In this document: positions 12,924 through 27,009 of the stretch, piece by piece
Layout: every line of letters starts with the position of its first letter
How positions within the stretch are numbered: the first letter of the stretch is position 1
From: Octopus sinensis
Taxonomy: Eukaryota
Direction of reading: 5' to 3'
DNA: 64,000 nt
Assembly (NCBI RefSeq): GCF_006345805.1
Contig: NC_042997.1
Span: 170,872,001 to 170,936,000, forward strand
Position numbers and translations under genes: made by a program
Notes under the pieces: model-generated
The model's database searches: none
Told to the model about the DNA's origin: nothing
The model's input: the letters and a program-made list of their open reading frames with translations, nothing else

Positions 12924-13160
12924 AAGGCAGCGAGCTGGCAGAAACGTTAGCATGCTGAGCGAAATGCGTGGCAGTGTTTCGTCTGCCGTTATGTTCTGAG
13001 TTCAAATTCCGCCGAGGTCGACTTTGCCTTTCATCCTTTCGGGGTTGATAAATTAAATACCAGTTACGCACTGGGGTTGATGTAATCGACTTAATCAGTT
13101 TGTCTGTCCTTGTTTGGTCCTCTCTGTGTTTAGCCCCTTGTGGGTAGTAAAGAAATAGGT
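12924..13160 (+). mobile_element. Full-length SINE family B
   Basis: Head ggcagcgagctggcagaaacgttagc with B-box-like gagttcaaattcc, and end gtgggtagtaaagaaataggt. Other copies include 28105-28250, 32866-33060 and 33525-33755. Confidence 0.88.
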
Positions 13161-13802
13161 AATCATTGTGGAAGACACAAGAGCTCCTGCCTCCATCCCA
13201 CACCATTGATAATAATGACAACAAAAAGATAAAAGGTAGATTTAAAAAAAAAAAAATTCCTTTCTTGTTCCTCCTCATATTCACAAATCAAAACTTTTCC
13301 TTTGCTTGTTGTTTAAGCCCGAATTGTCTTTGGCTGAGTAGACCCTGGATCAAAAACTTTTCAGCTTGTACTAATTCACCTTTTTTTTTTTCTTTTTGCA
13401 TCTGTGTCTGAATTATCTTAGGTCTGCCATGAGCCCCAGGACCCATATGGCCACAGCTTAAACTAGCTTCCTTGGCTTGCACGTGACTGAGAAAACAACA
13501 TTCCACATTCCTGAGTGGGATGTTGGCCTATAGCAGAATTAACTGCCCAGCTATTGCTAGAACTCATTTACAGTTTGAGTGGGCTGGAGTAACATGAAAT
13601 GGTTTGCTCAAGAACACAATGCATCAACTGATGTTGAATTGAAACTACAATCCTAAGTTCAACAGTGCAACGTTTTAATCATAAGGCCAAGTGCCTTCAA
13701 TTTAAATTATCTACAGCAAATTATCTAAGGGGGTGAGCTGGCAGAAATGCTAGCACGCCGGGCGAAATTCTTAACAGTATTTCATCTGTCTATATGTTTG
13801 TA

Positions 13803-13973
13803 GGCGCAGGAGTGGCTGTGTGGTAGGTAGCTTGCTTACCAGCCACATGGTTTTGGGTTCAGTCCCACTGCGTGGCACCTTGGGCAAGTGTCTTCTGCTA
13901 TAGCCTCGGGCTGACCAAAGCCTTGTGAGTGGATTCGGTAGATGAAAACTGAAAGAAGCCCACTGTAGATATG

Positions 13974-14008
<35 letters not shown>

Positions 14009-14218
14009 TTGTGTGTCTGTGTTTGGTCCCCCACCACATCACTTGACAACCAATGCTGGTGTGTTTGCGTCCCTGTAACTTAGCGGTTCGGCAAAAGACA
14101 CCAATAGAATAAGTACTAGGCTTACAAAGAATAAGTCCTGGGGTCGATTTGCTTGACTGAAGGCGGTGCTCCAGCATGGCCGCAGTCAAATGACTGAAAC
14201 AAGTAAAAGATTAAAAGA
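13803..14218 (+). mobile_element. Full-length tRNA-derived SINE family A
   Basis: Head ggcgcaggagtggctgtgtggta...gggttcagtccc, a central (TA)/(TG) tract and a tail aacaagtaaaaga. Near-identical to the minus-strand copies. Confidence 0.9.
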
Positions 14219-14253
14219 GTATATTTTTTCCAAGACAGTATAATATAGTTTAA

Positions 14254-14474
14254 CCCTTTTGTTACTAACCCGGCCAAAACCGGCTCTGGCTCTGTTGTAC
14301 AAATGTCTTGTTTTCATAAGTTTTGAATTAAGATATTCCACCAAGCCTTAGTCACAATTTACGTTCCTAACACTAGCTTAATGATAACTAAGTTATTTTA
14401 CTAAGTTCTTTGTTATATTTTAAATAACTGAAAGAAACACAGAAGATCTCAAAATAAATACAGTAACGAAAGGG
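14254..14474 (+). mobile_element. piggyBac-type MITE family 1 (221 bp)
   Basis: TTAA|CCCTTTTGTTAC...GTAACGAAAGGG|TTAA. Confidence 0.9.
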
Positions 14475-14639
14475 TTAAGGGAAACCTAGCAGCTATTTCT
14501 CACAAGTTCAGTAATCATACTAATGTGACTTCTAAAAGGGTGATAAAACACTTGAGTACTGGTTATTTCTAAAACCTTGAGAAAACAGGTACTACAGCCA
14601 ATTCCAGTTTAGCAAAGAAAAAAATATGTTTATATAAGA

Positions 14640-14808
14640 GAAAGGTGCAGAAAGGACTATGTTACCAAGAAGCTTGTTTTGCAAACATGTGGTTTCAGGT
14701 TCAGTCTCAGTGTGTGGCACCTTGGGTAAGTGTCTTCTTTTATAGACCTGGGTTGAACAAAGTCTTGTGAGTGAATTTGTTTGACAGGGACTGTGTGAAA
14801 GCCAGTCT

Positions 14809-14848
<40 letters not shown>

Positions 14849-15075
14849 TCTTTTGTGTTTGTCTCCAACAGCTGCTTGACAACTGTTATTGCTTTGTTTA
14901 TATTTTATATCACTGTAACTTAGCAGTTCAGCAAAAGAAACTAATAGAGTAAGTCCCATACTGAAGACAAGAAAAAAGAACTAGAGTTAATTTCTTTGAC
15001 TAAAACCAAACAAGGTGGTGCTCCAGCATGGCCACAGTCCAATAACTAAAACGCAAAAGTGGAAGATTAAAAGAC
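14640..15075 (+). mobile_element. Diverged SINE family A copy
   Basis: Colinear with 13803-14218 and has a central (CA)n. Confidence 0.8.
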
Positions 15076-17782
15076 TGGTTTACCATTCAGAAATAATTTC
15101 AACGTTACTGACAGGCTGCATGTATGCTTAGCTGCTACTATAATGGCAGATGATCAAGAATAACAGCTCACACAACTGGTTAAAGAACATGATTTCATTT
15201 TAATGCCAATGACCCTAACGAATATTTATATATACATCAAGGTCAAAAACAGGAAGGCAGATAACAAAAACAACAATTGCTCTGCAGCTTTGTTATTCAT
15301 AATGTTTCTGCTTTGCATGTTTATTGTTTTTTGTCTTTAAATTATATTTAAGCTCAGTATGGTTGGAATCTGTAAATTACTCTGTGTTTACAATGCTTTT
15401 CAAATGATAGGCAATAATGCTTCGAATAATAGGAAATAAAAGTAAAATTTGGATATGGGTGGGAAAAAAAAAAAAAAAAAAAGGGAAACAAAAAAAGTCA
15501 CACTTCTGATATAGGCAAAACAGAAGAGAATAGGATATTTGTAGTGGTGCTGCTGTGGGTGTGTGTTTGAGAAGTTTGCTTTCCTACCATGTGGTCTTGG
15601 GCTCAGTCCTACTGCATGGCACCTTGAGCAGGTGTCTTCTATGGGCTGACCAAAACCTTGTGAGTGGATTTGGCAGATGGGAACAGAAAGAAGCATGTGT
15701 TTGTGTGTGTGTACCCTTGCTTTGACAGTTCATGATGGTTGCAAATGAGTATAATCATCATACAAGCAAGGTTGTCTGTTTCCAGTCTTCTATGAAAAAC
15801 ATGCCATGGGAAAATATTACTTTACTTGAAAACAGGTGGGGGGTAAATGACAGGAAGGGCATCTGACCATAGAATAATCTGCCTCAACAAATTCAGTCAG
15901 ACCCATGGAAACATGAAAAAGTGGATGTTAAATAATAATGATAATATACGATAGATATGCTAGAATAGAATACTGGTAGTAGTATGTGGTACCTAGATGT
16001 ACCTCAATAGTCAAATAGAGTGCATCTCACCACACCCTTATGAAACTACTCAACGCTTCCCACTACCAATGCCACACACTAAATCCACTGCCTAGCTATC
16101 TTCCCGTAGGCTCATCTTCTTGTACCTTGACAGTTTACTCTTGCACACCATCTTTATCTTCTTCCCAACTATTCCCACTCACCTTTATATAATACAGGGT
16201 AGCCATGAGGCTTCTCTATAGCAAAACACCAGGGCTTGTCCTTCTTATGGGACCTTAGCCTCTCAATACCAGGCTTTTTCTTGTCCTTTTCTTGTGTGGC
16301 AAGTTACTGAGCCACAACAATCAGGCCACAACTGACAATGGAGCTTGATACAGCCCTGTAGCTTGCTAGATCTTGTCAAACCATCCAACTCTTACCAGTA
16401 TGAAAAACAGATGTTAAACGATGATGATAGTATGGTTAACATACAAGGGATGACAAGAAAACCACAGGATAAACATGATTGATTAAATTACAATAAGCAT
16501 CACTGGATTTTGGTAATGAATTGATGCATTACCAAAAGCATTCTTTGACCATCCTTTTTTTTTTTTTTGAAGGCACAATATATCTAGACCTTCATTATTC
16601 CTTTTTATTTTAGAATGGTAAAGTATGAGAAGAGAGAGATTTAGTTTTTTTTTCTCAGCAAATGGAATAACATAGAGATTGGTTCATTCTAGTTATTTAT
16701 TTGTTCAAGAGACATATTATATGCTGTAATATATAATGTAAACAATTCACAAAACTCATGTGTCTTTTTTCATGATCTAGGCTTTAGTTCAGGTTTAATA
16801 ATATAATTGATGATTTCATAATAGAATAAATAATGCAATATTATATAATCTCACTGCTGTCATGCCAGCACATTGCAGCAATCAGTTCAGATTTTACATA
16901 AATTTTTACTAAGGAAACAAAGACAAATAGCAGCTTACATTAAGTTATCCAAATTTACTAAGGAAACCTGACTGTATTCAGGTGTAAAGCTCTATTAATG
17001 AACAAACTCAGAACAATGCTAAAATGAAAATTAACTATGGGAGGTTTCAAGCCGACACACATTGGGCATATCACTAGGATGAAAAAAAAAATCCCCCAAA
17101 ACTTGTTGTTGTCATTCAAAGAAACAGAACTGAACAAAGCTGATGCTACAATTTGACTTGCCTTTTCCCACCCCTCCAGATAAAGTATATCCAGGACAAC
17201 ATTGTCCAAGGACTTCTGATTTTTTTTTTTTTTTTTTCAAAAAGTAAGTTTTGATTTGAAGCTGCTTTTTATCTAGCAGTTTGAATGATCATCCAGAGGT
17301 CTCTTTAGTCACCTTATAACATGGTCCAGTTACTGAAGATTATGCTTCTGAAATGAGTGATCATGTTGGTGAAAAGGAAGGAAAAAGAAAACTGATTGGT
17401 GTATAAATAAGGGTGGTTATTATCACTTGGCCACTGATTATCCTTAATCCAACAGACCACCAACCATGAACATTCTGTTTATTTTTTGTTTGGTGTTTGT
17501 AGAACTCCATTAGCTTTCCTTACCATTGTTATTTTATATTTCTTTCCAGTTCCATCCTGGTTAATCTCATCCACTCTTCTGTAATGTGAATAATTATGTA
17601 GTTCCTCTATAATAAGAAACCTGTTCTGTTCTCTTCTTTCATACTTTAACCTCTCATCCCTGAGCATAAAGTTGCCTTTCTCACTACTGTAGCCCCCACT
17701 CAGCCAATAGGGATGTTAGTCTTGGAAGATGCATGGTAACCTCATTAGGGCTGATGCCATGGAAAAAAAAAAAACAGTACAT

Positions 17783-17983
17783 TCTCTTTTACTTGTTTCA
17801 GTTATATTTGACTGGCCATGCTGGAGCACCGCCTTTAGACGAGCAAATCGACCCCAGGACTGATTATTTGTAAGCCTAGTACTTATTCTATCAGCCCCTT
17901 TTGCCAAACCGCTAAGTTACGGGGATATAAACACACCAGCATTGGTTATCAAGTGATGTTGCGGGGACAAACAGACACACACA

Positions 17984-18029
<46 letters not shown>

Positions 18030-18188
18030 CGATGAGCTTCTTTCAGTTTCTACCAAATCCACTCACAAGGCTTTGGTCGGCCCGAGGCTATAGTAGAAGA
18101 CACTTGCCCAAGGTGCCACGCAGTGGGACTGAACCCGGAACCATGTGGTTGGTAAGCAAGCTACTTACCACATAGCCCCTCCTATGCC
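17783..18188 (-). mobile_element. Full-length SINE family A
   Basis: Reverse-complement match to 13803-14218 along its whole length. Confidence 0.9.
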
Positions 18189-18624
18189 TGTAAAGAAGGG
18201 TATCCAACTGCAGAAACCATGCCAAAGCAAACACTGGAGCTTGATGCAGTGTTAGGGACTGTCAGGTCTCATCAAACTGTCAAACCCAAGTCAGTATGGA
18301 AGGGGGATGTTAAAAGATGCAGTGGTAGCATGATTTGGGGTGAGATTTAAGCAGCTATTTCTAGCAGATCAAGCAGCAACTTATAAAAAAAAAGATGATT
18401 GAATGCTTCTGTCAGAGTTGAAGAATTACTGCTGTCTTGGAAACAAAATGATGATTATGATAATACTAGATAACAGAGACTGACAGGAAATATATAAAGA
18501 ATGGTAGCGGTGATGGAGGGGTATTATAGAGAGAACATTAAATGAAACTATCTCAGACTTTTTAATCTTTTCAGTAGATATTAACTTCAGTTTATTTCTA
18601 TTCTAAATAGGTGAGAGTAAGATT

Positions 18625-18647
18625 GTGTGTGTGTGTGTGTGAGATAG

Positions 18648-18720
<73 letters not shown>
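18625..18720. repeat. Compound microsatellite (GT)n(GATA)n(GA)n
   Basis: Read directly from the sequence. Confidence 0.95.
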
Positions 18721-18723
<3 letters not shown>

Positions 18724-19192
18724 ACCCATATCAATGATGAGTACATTCATAACAACAAAACCAAATGCCAATTGATTATAAATTCTTTTTGGTTCATTAA
18801 ATTCTGTTTAACCCTTCTGAGATCATAAATCATATAGTTTGACTACTTAAATGTTACAATAAGTTTCCAAAATAATGAAGATTTTGAAATATTCAATAGT
18901 AAAATAAACTATGACTGGGTTTATTTATTAATATAAACTGGCAGAAATATCTGTTGTAAGAGGGAAGGATGTAATTTGAGAGAGAATTGGCTGCCATTTC
19001 TAACATATCTAGTTATCACAGGGGTTCTCTCACTCTCTCTCTGTAACACACGCTAAAATCAACCACCCTTATTCATACTGCCCCAGAGAAATTGATTATG
19101 GAAGGTACTTACAATACAAAAACTGCATTCTAAAATGGTTTGTGTTGTTCTGATACTCAGAGATTTTTTTTTAAATAGCTAAGATTTTATAC

Positions 19193-19741
19193 TAGTATTT
19201 CTCAACCATTTTTCAGCTATAGTCCCTTTTGATTACTATTTCACTCTGGTGCACTCTCATAGCCATTTCATGTTTAAAAACTAGTTTTATAGATATTTCT
19301 TTTGAAATTCCTATTTTGTTTTTTCATGTGTTAACTTCTTTAAGTTGAACTATGGTAAAATGTTAGAAAAAAAAACCTAGCTGTTTCTTGCAATAAATAC
19401 ATCTAAATCAAACTTTTTCATAGACCTTTAACCCTTTCATAACCAATCCAGCTGAAACTGGCTCTGGCTCTGTAGTACAAATGTCTTGTTTTCATAAGTT
19501 GTTTAATTAAAATCTTCCACCAAACCTTAGTCACAGTTTATGTTCCTAACACTAGCTGAATGATAATTAAGTTATTTTACTAAATTCTTTGTTATATTTA
19601 AAATTAATTGAAAGAAACACAAAGCATCTCAAAATAAATACAGTAACGAAAGGGTTAAAATACTTCTATAGATCTCCAACTTACTATTTTGTTTCTGTGG
19701 GCCCCCGCAAGGGTCATAAGCCCCCTGGTTGAGAACCACTG
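19193..19741. mobile_element. hAT (Charlie-like) non-autonomous element containing a nested piggyBac MITE
   Basis: Termini TAGTATTTCTCAACC...GGTTGAGAACCACTG match the CAGTGGTTCTCAACC-type TIR with 3 mismatches on the left. The 8-bp TSD is degenerate. Confidence 0.6.
19432..19654 (+). mobile_element. piggyBac-type MITE family 1
   Basis: TTAA|CCCTTTCATAAC...GTAACGAAAGGG|TTAA. Confidence 0.9.
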
Positions 19742-20186
19742 ATCTAAATGAATTACATACATAGTTATTATTCTTTCATTCTCTGTCTTCTCCCTCTTTT
19801 CTTTTTACATACAGACAGATATTGTCTTCGGTGTTATGTTGCCAAGATATCCCACCTTAGTTCAGCCTTCCAACTTTCTCGGGTTTGCTTTAAGAAATAC
19901 ATTCTTATGTAGTATACAACACTGATGTAATATCATCCTCCACATTGGACAGTCTTTAAGATGAAAGGTAATTCTAGTCACGATCATCCAGAGCAGAATA
20001 TATATCAAGAATCACACCACCCATTTTTAATGTTCTCAATAAATTTTTTCTTTTACTCTTTTACTTGTTTCAGTCATTAGAACAATGGTTCTCAACTGGA
20101 GTTCCTTGGATCCCTAGTATTCTATAAAAGATTCCTAGAGGTTCCACAAGAATGAGTGAGAAAAGCTAATGCTAATTTCATGATTG

Positions 20187-20188
<2 letters not shown>

Positions 20189-20240
<52 letters not shown>

Positions 20241-20400
20241 CACATATATATATATATAACACACACACATATATATATACACATATATATATTTATATGC
20301 ATACATATATATATATACACACACACACATATATATATACACATATATATACATATACATATACACATATATATATATACATACATATACATATATATAC

Positions 20401-20437
<37 letters not shown>

Positions 20438-20438
20438 C

Positions 20439-20469
<31 letters not shown>

Positions 20470-20794
20470 CATATACATATATATACATATACATATATAT
20501 ACATACATACACATATATATATATACATATACATATATATACATACATACACATATATATACATACATATACATACACATATATTACATATATAACATAC
20601 ATACATATATATACATACATACATATATATACATACATACATATATATACATACATACATACATATATTAACATACATACATACATACATATATATACAT
20701 ACATACATATATATACATACATACATATATATACATACATACATACATATATATACATACATACATATTATACATACATATACATATATATTAC

Positions 20795-20830
<36 letters not shown>

Positions 20831-20833
20831 TAC

Positions 20834-20864
<31 letters not shown>

Positions 20865-21183
20865 CATATACATATATATACATTACATATATATACATAC
20901 ATACACATATATATATATACATATACCTATATATACATACTACACATATATATACATATACATACACATATTATACAATATATACCTACATACATATATA
21001 TACATACATACATATATATACATACATACATATATATACATATATATACATACATATATTACATACATACATACATACATATATATACATACATACATAT
21101 ATATACATACATACATATATATACATACATACATACATATATATACATACCTACATATTATACATACATATACATATATATAC

Positions 21184-21220
<37 letters not shown>

Positions 21221-21221
21221 C

Positions 21222-21252
<31 letters not shown>

Positions 21253-21743
21253 CATATACATATATATACATATACATATATATACATACATACACATATA
21301 TATATATACATATACATATATATACATACATACACATATATATACATATACATACACATATATATACATATATATACATACATACATATATATACATACA
21401 TACATATATATACATACATACATATATATACATACATACATACATATATATACATACATACATACATACATATATATACATACATACATATATATACATA
21501 CATACATATATATACATACATACATACATATATATACATACATACATATATATACATACATACATATACATACATACATATACATACATACATACATATA
21601 TATACATACATACATACATATATATACATACATACATACATATATATACATACATACATACATATACATACATACATACATACATATATATATATACATA
21701 CATACATATACATACATACATATATATATATACATACATACAT

Positions 21744-21774
<31 letters not shown>

Positions 21775-21775
21775 C
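20189..21775. repeat. ~1.6-kb compound (TA)/(TACA)/(CA) satellite tract
   Basis: Read directly from the sequence. It is the source of the spurious IY/MYVC ORFs. Confidence 0.97.
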
Positions 21776-23020
21776 TTAAGCTGGCATTACCATGCAAACT
21801 ATGGTGAAAAAAATATGAGAAAGATATGTTATATAATTTTTTTTGTTGTGGTTGGTAAGCAAGCTACTTACCACACAGCCACTCCTACACCTAGTAAATA
21901 TGTTTATGTAAACATACATACACACATATACATATACTCATATATATATATATATGATGGGATTCTTTCAGTTTCCTTCTACCAAATCCACTTACAAAGC
22001 TTTGGTTAACCAGAGGCTATAATAGAAGCTACTTGCCCAAGGTACCATGCTCTGGGACTGAACCTGGAACTGTGTAGATGGGTAGCAAATTTCTTACCAC
22101 ACAGCCACACCTTGTTGACATCATAACACTGTACTTATGGCCTGGACTGTGCAATTGTTGACTATACCTGCATAATTGATATTGTTAATATTGTTGATAC
22201 TGTCATCAGCTGTTATTTAGCTACAAGTTCCTGGTTCAAGCAATCATATATGATTAAAAGACTGTGACCATCCCATTTATATTAATGGTTACATTTATAT
22301 TAGAGATGATTCAAGCCAGCAGAATTTGATTTAAGGGAAATTTGGTTACTATTTAAAGCAGGTCAAGATGACCTCATACATGCTATCTTGTTATCTCTTA
22401 GATTACGTTGTTAATTTAGACCCAATTTCAGCTGGGATTGAACAGACTTATCAAAAATATTCTGCTCAAGACCATCCCACCTGCTTCTGTTTTAACCCCC
22501 AGACATAGTTTTGGAGCTCTATATCATCTAATGTATCAATGTTGTATCTTATATAACAGTGAGGTGTATTGACTACTATTTCTAGGTCAAGAGATCACTT
22601 AGAAATTCCAACGTTTATGTGAAAGCACAAACTCCAGGATTTGTCACATACATAGTCACCTTTCTGGCCTCCCCTCTCTTTGTCTGTCTGTCTATCTCAT
22701 TCATTATGTACATGACTATCTCTCTTCTTTCTATTTAAGTATCTATATCTCTATTTCTCTCATGGTCACATTCTCTCCTTCATTGTCTAGGCCTCTTCGT
22801 GTGTCTGCTGCTCTCTCTCTCTCTTCTGTTCCACTTTCTGACTTTCTATATTTTCTCTCTCACTTTCTCTTATGCATCATAATCACTCTCCTTCTCTGGA
22901 CTGACTCAACCATAAAAAGAATAATTGTACAATGGCTTTTAATAAGGGCAGTTTAAACCAGTGTTGGTCTGTTTACATTCCTGTTACTTAGCAGCTCGAT
23001 AACAGAAACCAGTAGAAACA

Positions 23021-23433
23021 AGGCGGCGAGCTGGTAGAAACGTTAGCATGCTGGGAGAAATGCTTAGCGGTATTCCGTCTGCTGTTACGTTCTGAGTTCA
23101 AATTCCGCCGAGGTCGACTTTGCCTTTCATCCTCTCGGGGTCGATTAAATAGGTACCAGTTACGCACTGGGGTCGATATTGACTTAATCCGTTTGTCTGT
23201 CCTTGTTTGTCCTCTCTGTGTTTAGCCCCATGTGGGTAGTAAAGAAATAGGTATTTCGCCTGCCGTTACATTCTGAGTTCAAATTCCGCCAAGGTCAACT
23301 CTCCCTTTCATCCCTTCGGGGTCGATAAATTAAATACCAGTTACGCACTGGAGTTGATGTAATCGACTTAATCACTTTGTCTGTCCTTGTTTGTCCCCTC
23401 TATGTTTAGCCCCTAGTGGGCAATAAAGAAATA
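23021..23433 (+). mobile_element. Dimeric SINE family B
   Basis: A full unit followed by a truncated unit starting at ggtatttcg. 15-bp TSD AGAAACCA(G/A)TAGAAA at 23004-23018 and 23434-23448. Confidence 0.88.
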
Positions 23434-26400
23434 AGAAACCAATAGAAAAGTACAATATTTAAAAAGAGAAAGAAGGTAGTATCCAAGGCCTTTGTAGACA
23501 CTTTCAGACTGACAAGATAGATGCAGGTGAGGTTCAGTTAGAACTTCTGCAGATTAACATCTGCAAGAAAACTGGGTTACAGTTCTAAAGAAAAATAATT
23601 AAGCAATACATTTATTGTGGTATTTGGAGAGTAATTAGGAGAGGTGAGATGAATGTTGTGACTGGGCAAGGAAGAAATTGTTAACTTGTCTGTTTGGAGG
23701 AGCAGAGGCCATTAAACATATTGAAAGATTATATAATATATATAACACATAAAAATTAATTGCTTATTCTTCTACAGGGCATATAGGTATTATGTGAGCA
23801 GGGTCAGCAAGAGGATTTATTTAGGGATGAAAGGTAGCTGCATTGATAAGTGTGTGTTGTGGATTATGTTCAGTGTGATTCCTTTGTGTTGGAAAATTAA
23901 TTTTCGAAAAAAATTAATACATGAAAGTTACTTTTATGTGGAAGGATAATTAATTATAATCCTACAATGAGTCTGTTAATGCTTCTATTGTGTATTTGTA
24001 ATATGGGGATTCCCATATTACAAATTTTTGTCTATAATAGATAGCCAAATATAGGCATCTAAGATGCTTTTACTTGTAGTAGCAGCAGCAGTACTCTAAT
24101 ATATGCTGCACTTGGAATTTTTAAAAGGACAACAACACATTAGATTTGAAATTTTCTACCTCTGTAGAGAAAGTCTAGCATTTCTGAAGTAGTTTCTGTA
24201 ATATAATGAGATATTGATAATAGAGATAACAGCCAATCTCACATAACATTTGTAGTGATGTGGATAGGGGTTTAGCTGTGTTTTGTTCATGAGTAAGGAG
24301 GAGAGTATTGTGGGAAATAATTTCCTTGGTGTGTCTAGCAACTGTGTCTTTGCACTGTTGAAGGAAAGTAGGTTGTCATGTCCCTTTCGAGGTGTATTTT
24401 TATTATCCCCTTTCTTGGAAGCAGAGCAAGTAAGTCATAAGATGTATAAGTTGCACATGATTGATACTTGTGTGTAGAAGGTTAAATAGGAATGTAAAAT
24501 GATTATTAAATAAATTATTAGACATGTAATGAAGGAAGTGTTAGAGGTTTACCAAAGTTTAGGGAATAACCAGAGTTTACCTATCAAAAGAAGAAAATTA
24601 TGAGCCAAGAGATGAGAAATGGTTATAGAGCAACTGGTGGGCAACAAAAATACTTTTGTTAGAGTCCTGAAAGGTGACATAGGAAAGCAAAGATTCTGGT
24701 AGACCTAGCTCTGTGAAAAACAGACTGGTGGTGACTGAGACTCCAGATGATAAAGGAGATTATGACCAAATCTATCACCTTTGGGATGTTAGAAATGAGG
24801 GTGACAAAGTGCAGCTGTTAAGGTCGGAAAGATTGTCAGGAATAAGACACACCATCATTCTTTTTCATAGAATGTTTAAGATCCTTGTAGAGAAAGATTG
24901 TTGGGTTATGATTTAGTCTGGCCAGAAGCACAACAACCATGGCTTTTGTATCAAACACAGAACCATCACATGTTTATAGTTGAAGGATGAAAAACATTTT
25001 AGTTCCTAAGATGTTGAAACCAGCAACAACACAATCTCAAAAATGTAATAGAAATAACAGAAAAGCAATGCTTGCCAATGAATTAAAGTTAAATAGAAAT
25101 CTTTTTTTTAATTAATATTAATGATCTTAACTATATCATGTGTCTATTTCATTTGATACATGTTAAATTTGCTAATTTTTAATTCTATCCTAGTAAGTTT
25201 CATCTCATTTAAAGTCAATTTATGCTAATTACTTGCTCTTACTCAACTATCTAATTACTCGACCTCATTTACAATTTTCTCTCACATCATACAAACTTAA
25301 CAATGTCTGTGAATTTCTTAATTGAAGAAATAAATCATGTTAATTTACAAACAATTGTTTTCTCAAGTTATTTACTGTAAAACTTCTACAATAGGTGAAA
25401 GGAGTAGAGTCAGTATCCATGGCCTTTGCAGCTTCAGCTACAGATGTGTTTTCTTGTAAGTGAGACACACACAGCCTGAATTTATAGGTGAGGAGAAATA
25501 CTACATGATGTCTAAGCCTTTCTCAGTCACATCAACAATATTACCATTCATTATTATTATTATGTAAAGAAATAGATAAACCATGAAACAAAGGTTGAAA
25601 GCCACATACATCATTTAACTCTTAATCTGCTCTGATCAAACAGACCTGTGTTCAAAAGTACGGTAGTCATGACTATCCTACTTTCAGTTTTCATACATTA
25701 TGTAACTAGAATTATATCACCCAGAATACTAGAGCCTTTCTTAAGATAACAGGGTGTAATATGAGAGATATTTGGTTGCTATTTCTAGCAGATCAAGCAA
25801 CCACTGAAAGGCTCCTTTGAAAAAGTAAATATTTATAGAGTGAAAACAGAGAGAACTTAGTTTGTGTAACACTCACATCCTTTCTAAGAATATCAAAAAC
25901 AACAAAAGTGAACTGCATTGACTTGAACTGAGAACTGAAATCAGCTCATGGATTTCGTTAGCTGGAAGTTTACCACTTGCTCTATGGTACTATATGACTA
26001 GGATGTTTTGTGGAGAATACAGGAGGAGGAGAGAGGAAAGTTAAAACTAAGATCACAAGATTCCATCTATATTTTATATCATATATTTCATTATTTGCAA
26101 GAATTTATTTTTTTCAACTCCAGGCTGGAAGTTTTAGGTTAATGGATAAAAGGAATGCCAATTCAGGAGGGAAAGTAAATAATTCCACACACTAAAAGAT
26201 TAATAGGCTAAATACAATTTCAGACTGCTTGGCCACACTCACAAACACACATATGATGTATGTATGTATGAGTAATATTAGTTGTAGAGACAAATTATGT
26301 CTGCAAATCTGCCAAAAAAGCATGATTGAAGAAATATATATGTTTTCATGGTCACAGGGCTAGCTTCACACTGTGTAATAACCAAAACAGTATAAGGTTT

Positions 26401-27009
26401 TCCTTTAATATGTTTTGTCTGCAAATAGGAGTTATTTTCTCTAGAAAATGAAGATAACAAGGAACTAATTCTTCCTGTTCCTTTCCAATGATGGAATATG
26501 ATTGAAGAAAGATATTGGCTAAATCTGTCTAAGTTGTTATATGAGATTATAATTCTTCAGATTTTATAATAATTTTTGACTTTCACCAAAGATCTTCAGT
26601 TGATTGCCATTTCAAGAAGGTTGGATCCCTCTTTGTTCATCAAGTTCTGACAATTAAGAATATCTTGTGTCTCTACAAGGCTTCTCTTCAACACTGCTGT
26701 CATCTTTAAGCTATTGTCACTTGTGAGTGTCTTAACTTACTTGATCGAACTTAGAATCAAATTGTTAACATTCTTTCTACTTGGTTGGAGCCTTTGGTCA
26801 ATCCTCAAAATGTATCTCTGCGTCTTTTCTGAAAATATTTCCATAGTCATTGTTCTGATGAACCTTCAGGTCTATGACATTCAGTCCTTTAAGATATCAG
26901 TCAATTAACATCTTTTGAATTTGTAAGCACATTCTTTTTCTCCTTTGTAGTCCCTTATGCTACAGTAGCCTCATGCCTTGTTTAGGATGGAATTATAAAA
27001 CTTTATTGC

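Noticed and set aside
20156-21797. Long ORFs (up to 285 aa) rich in I/Y/M/V/C/H/T
   Set aside because: They are translations of the (TA)/(TACA) tract, which is stop-free only because of its composition.
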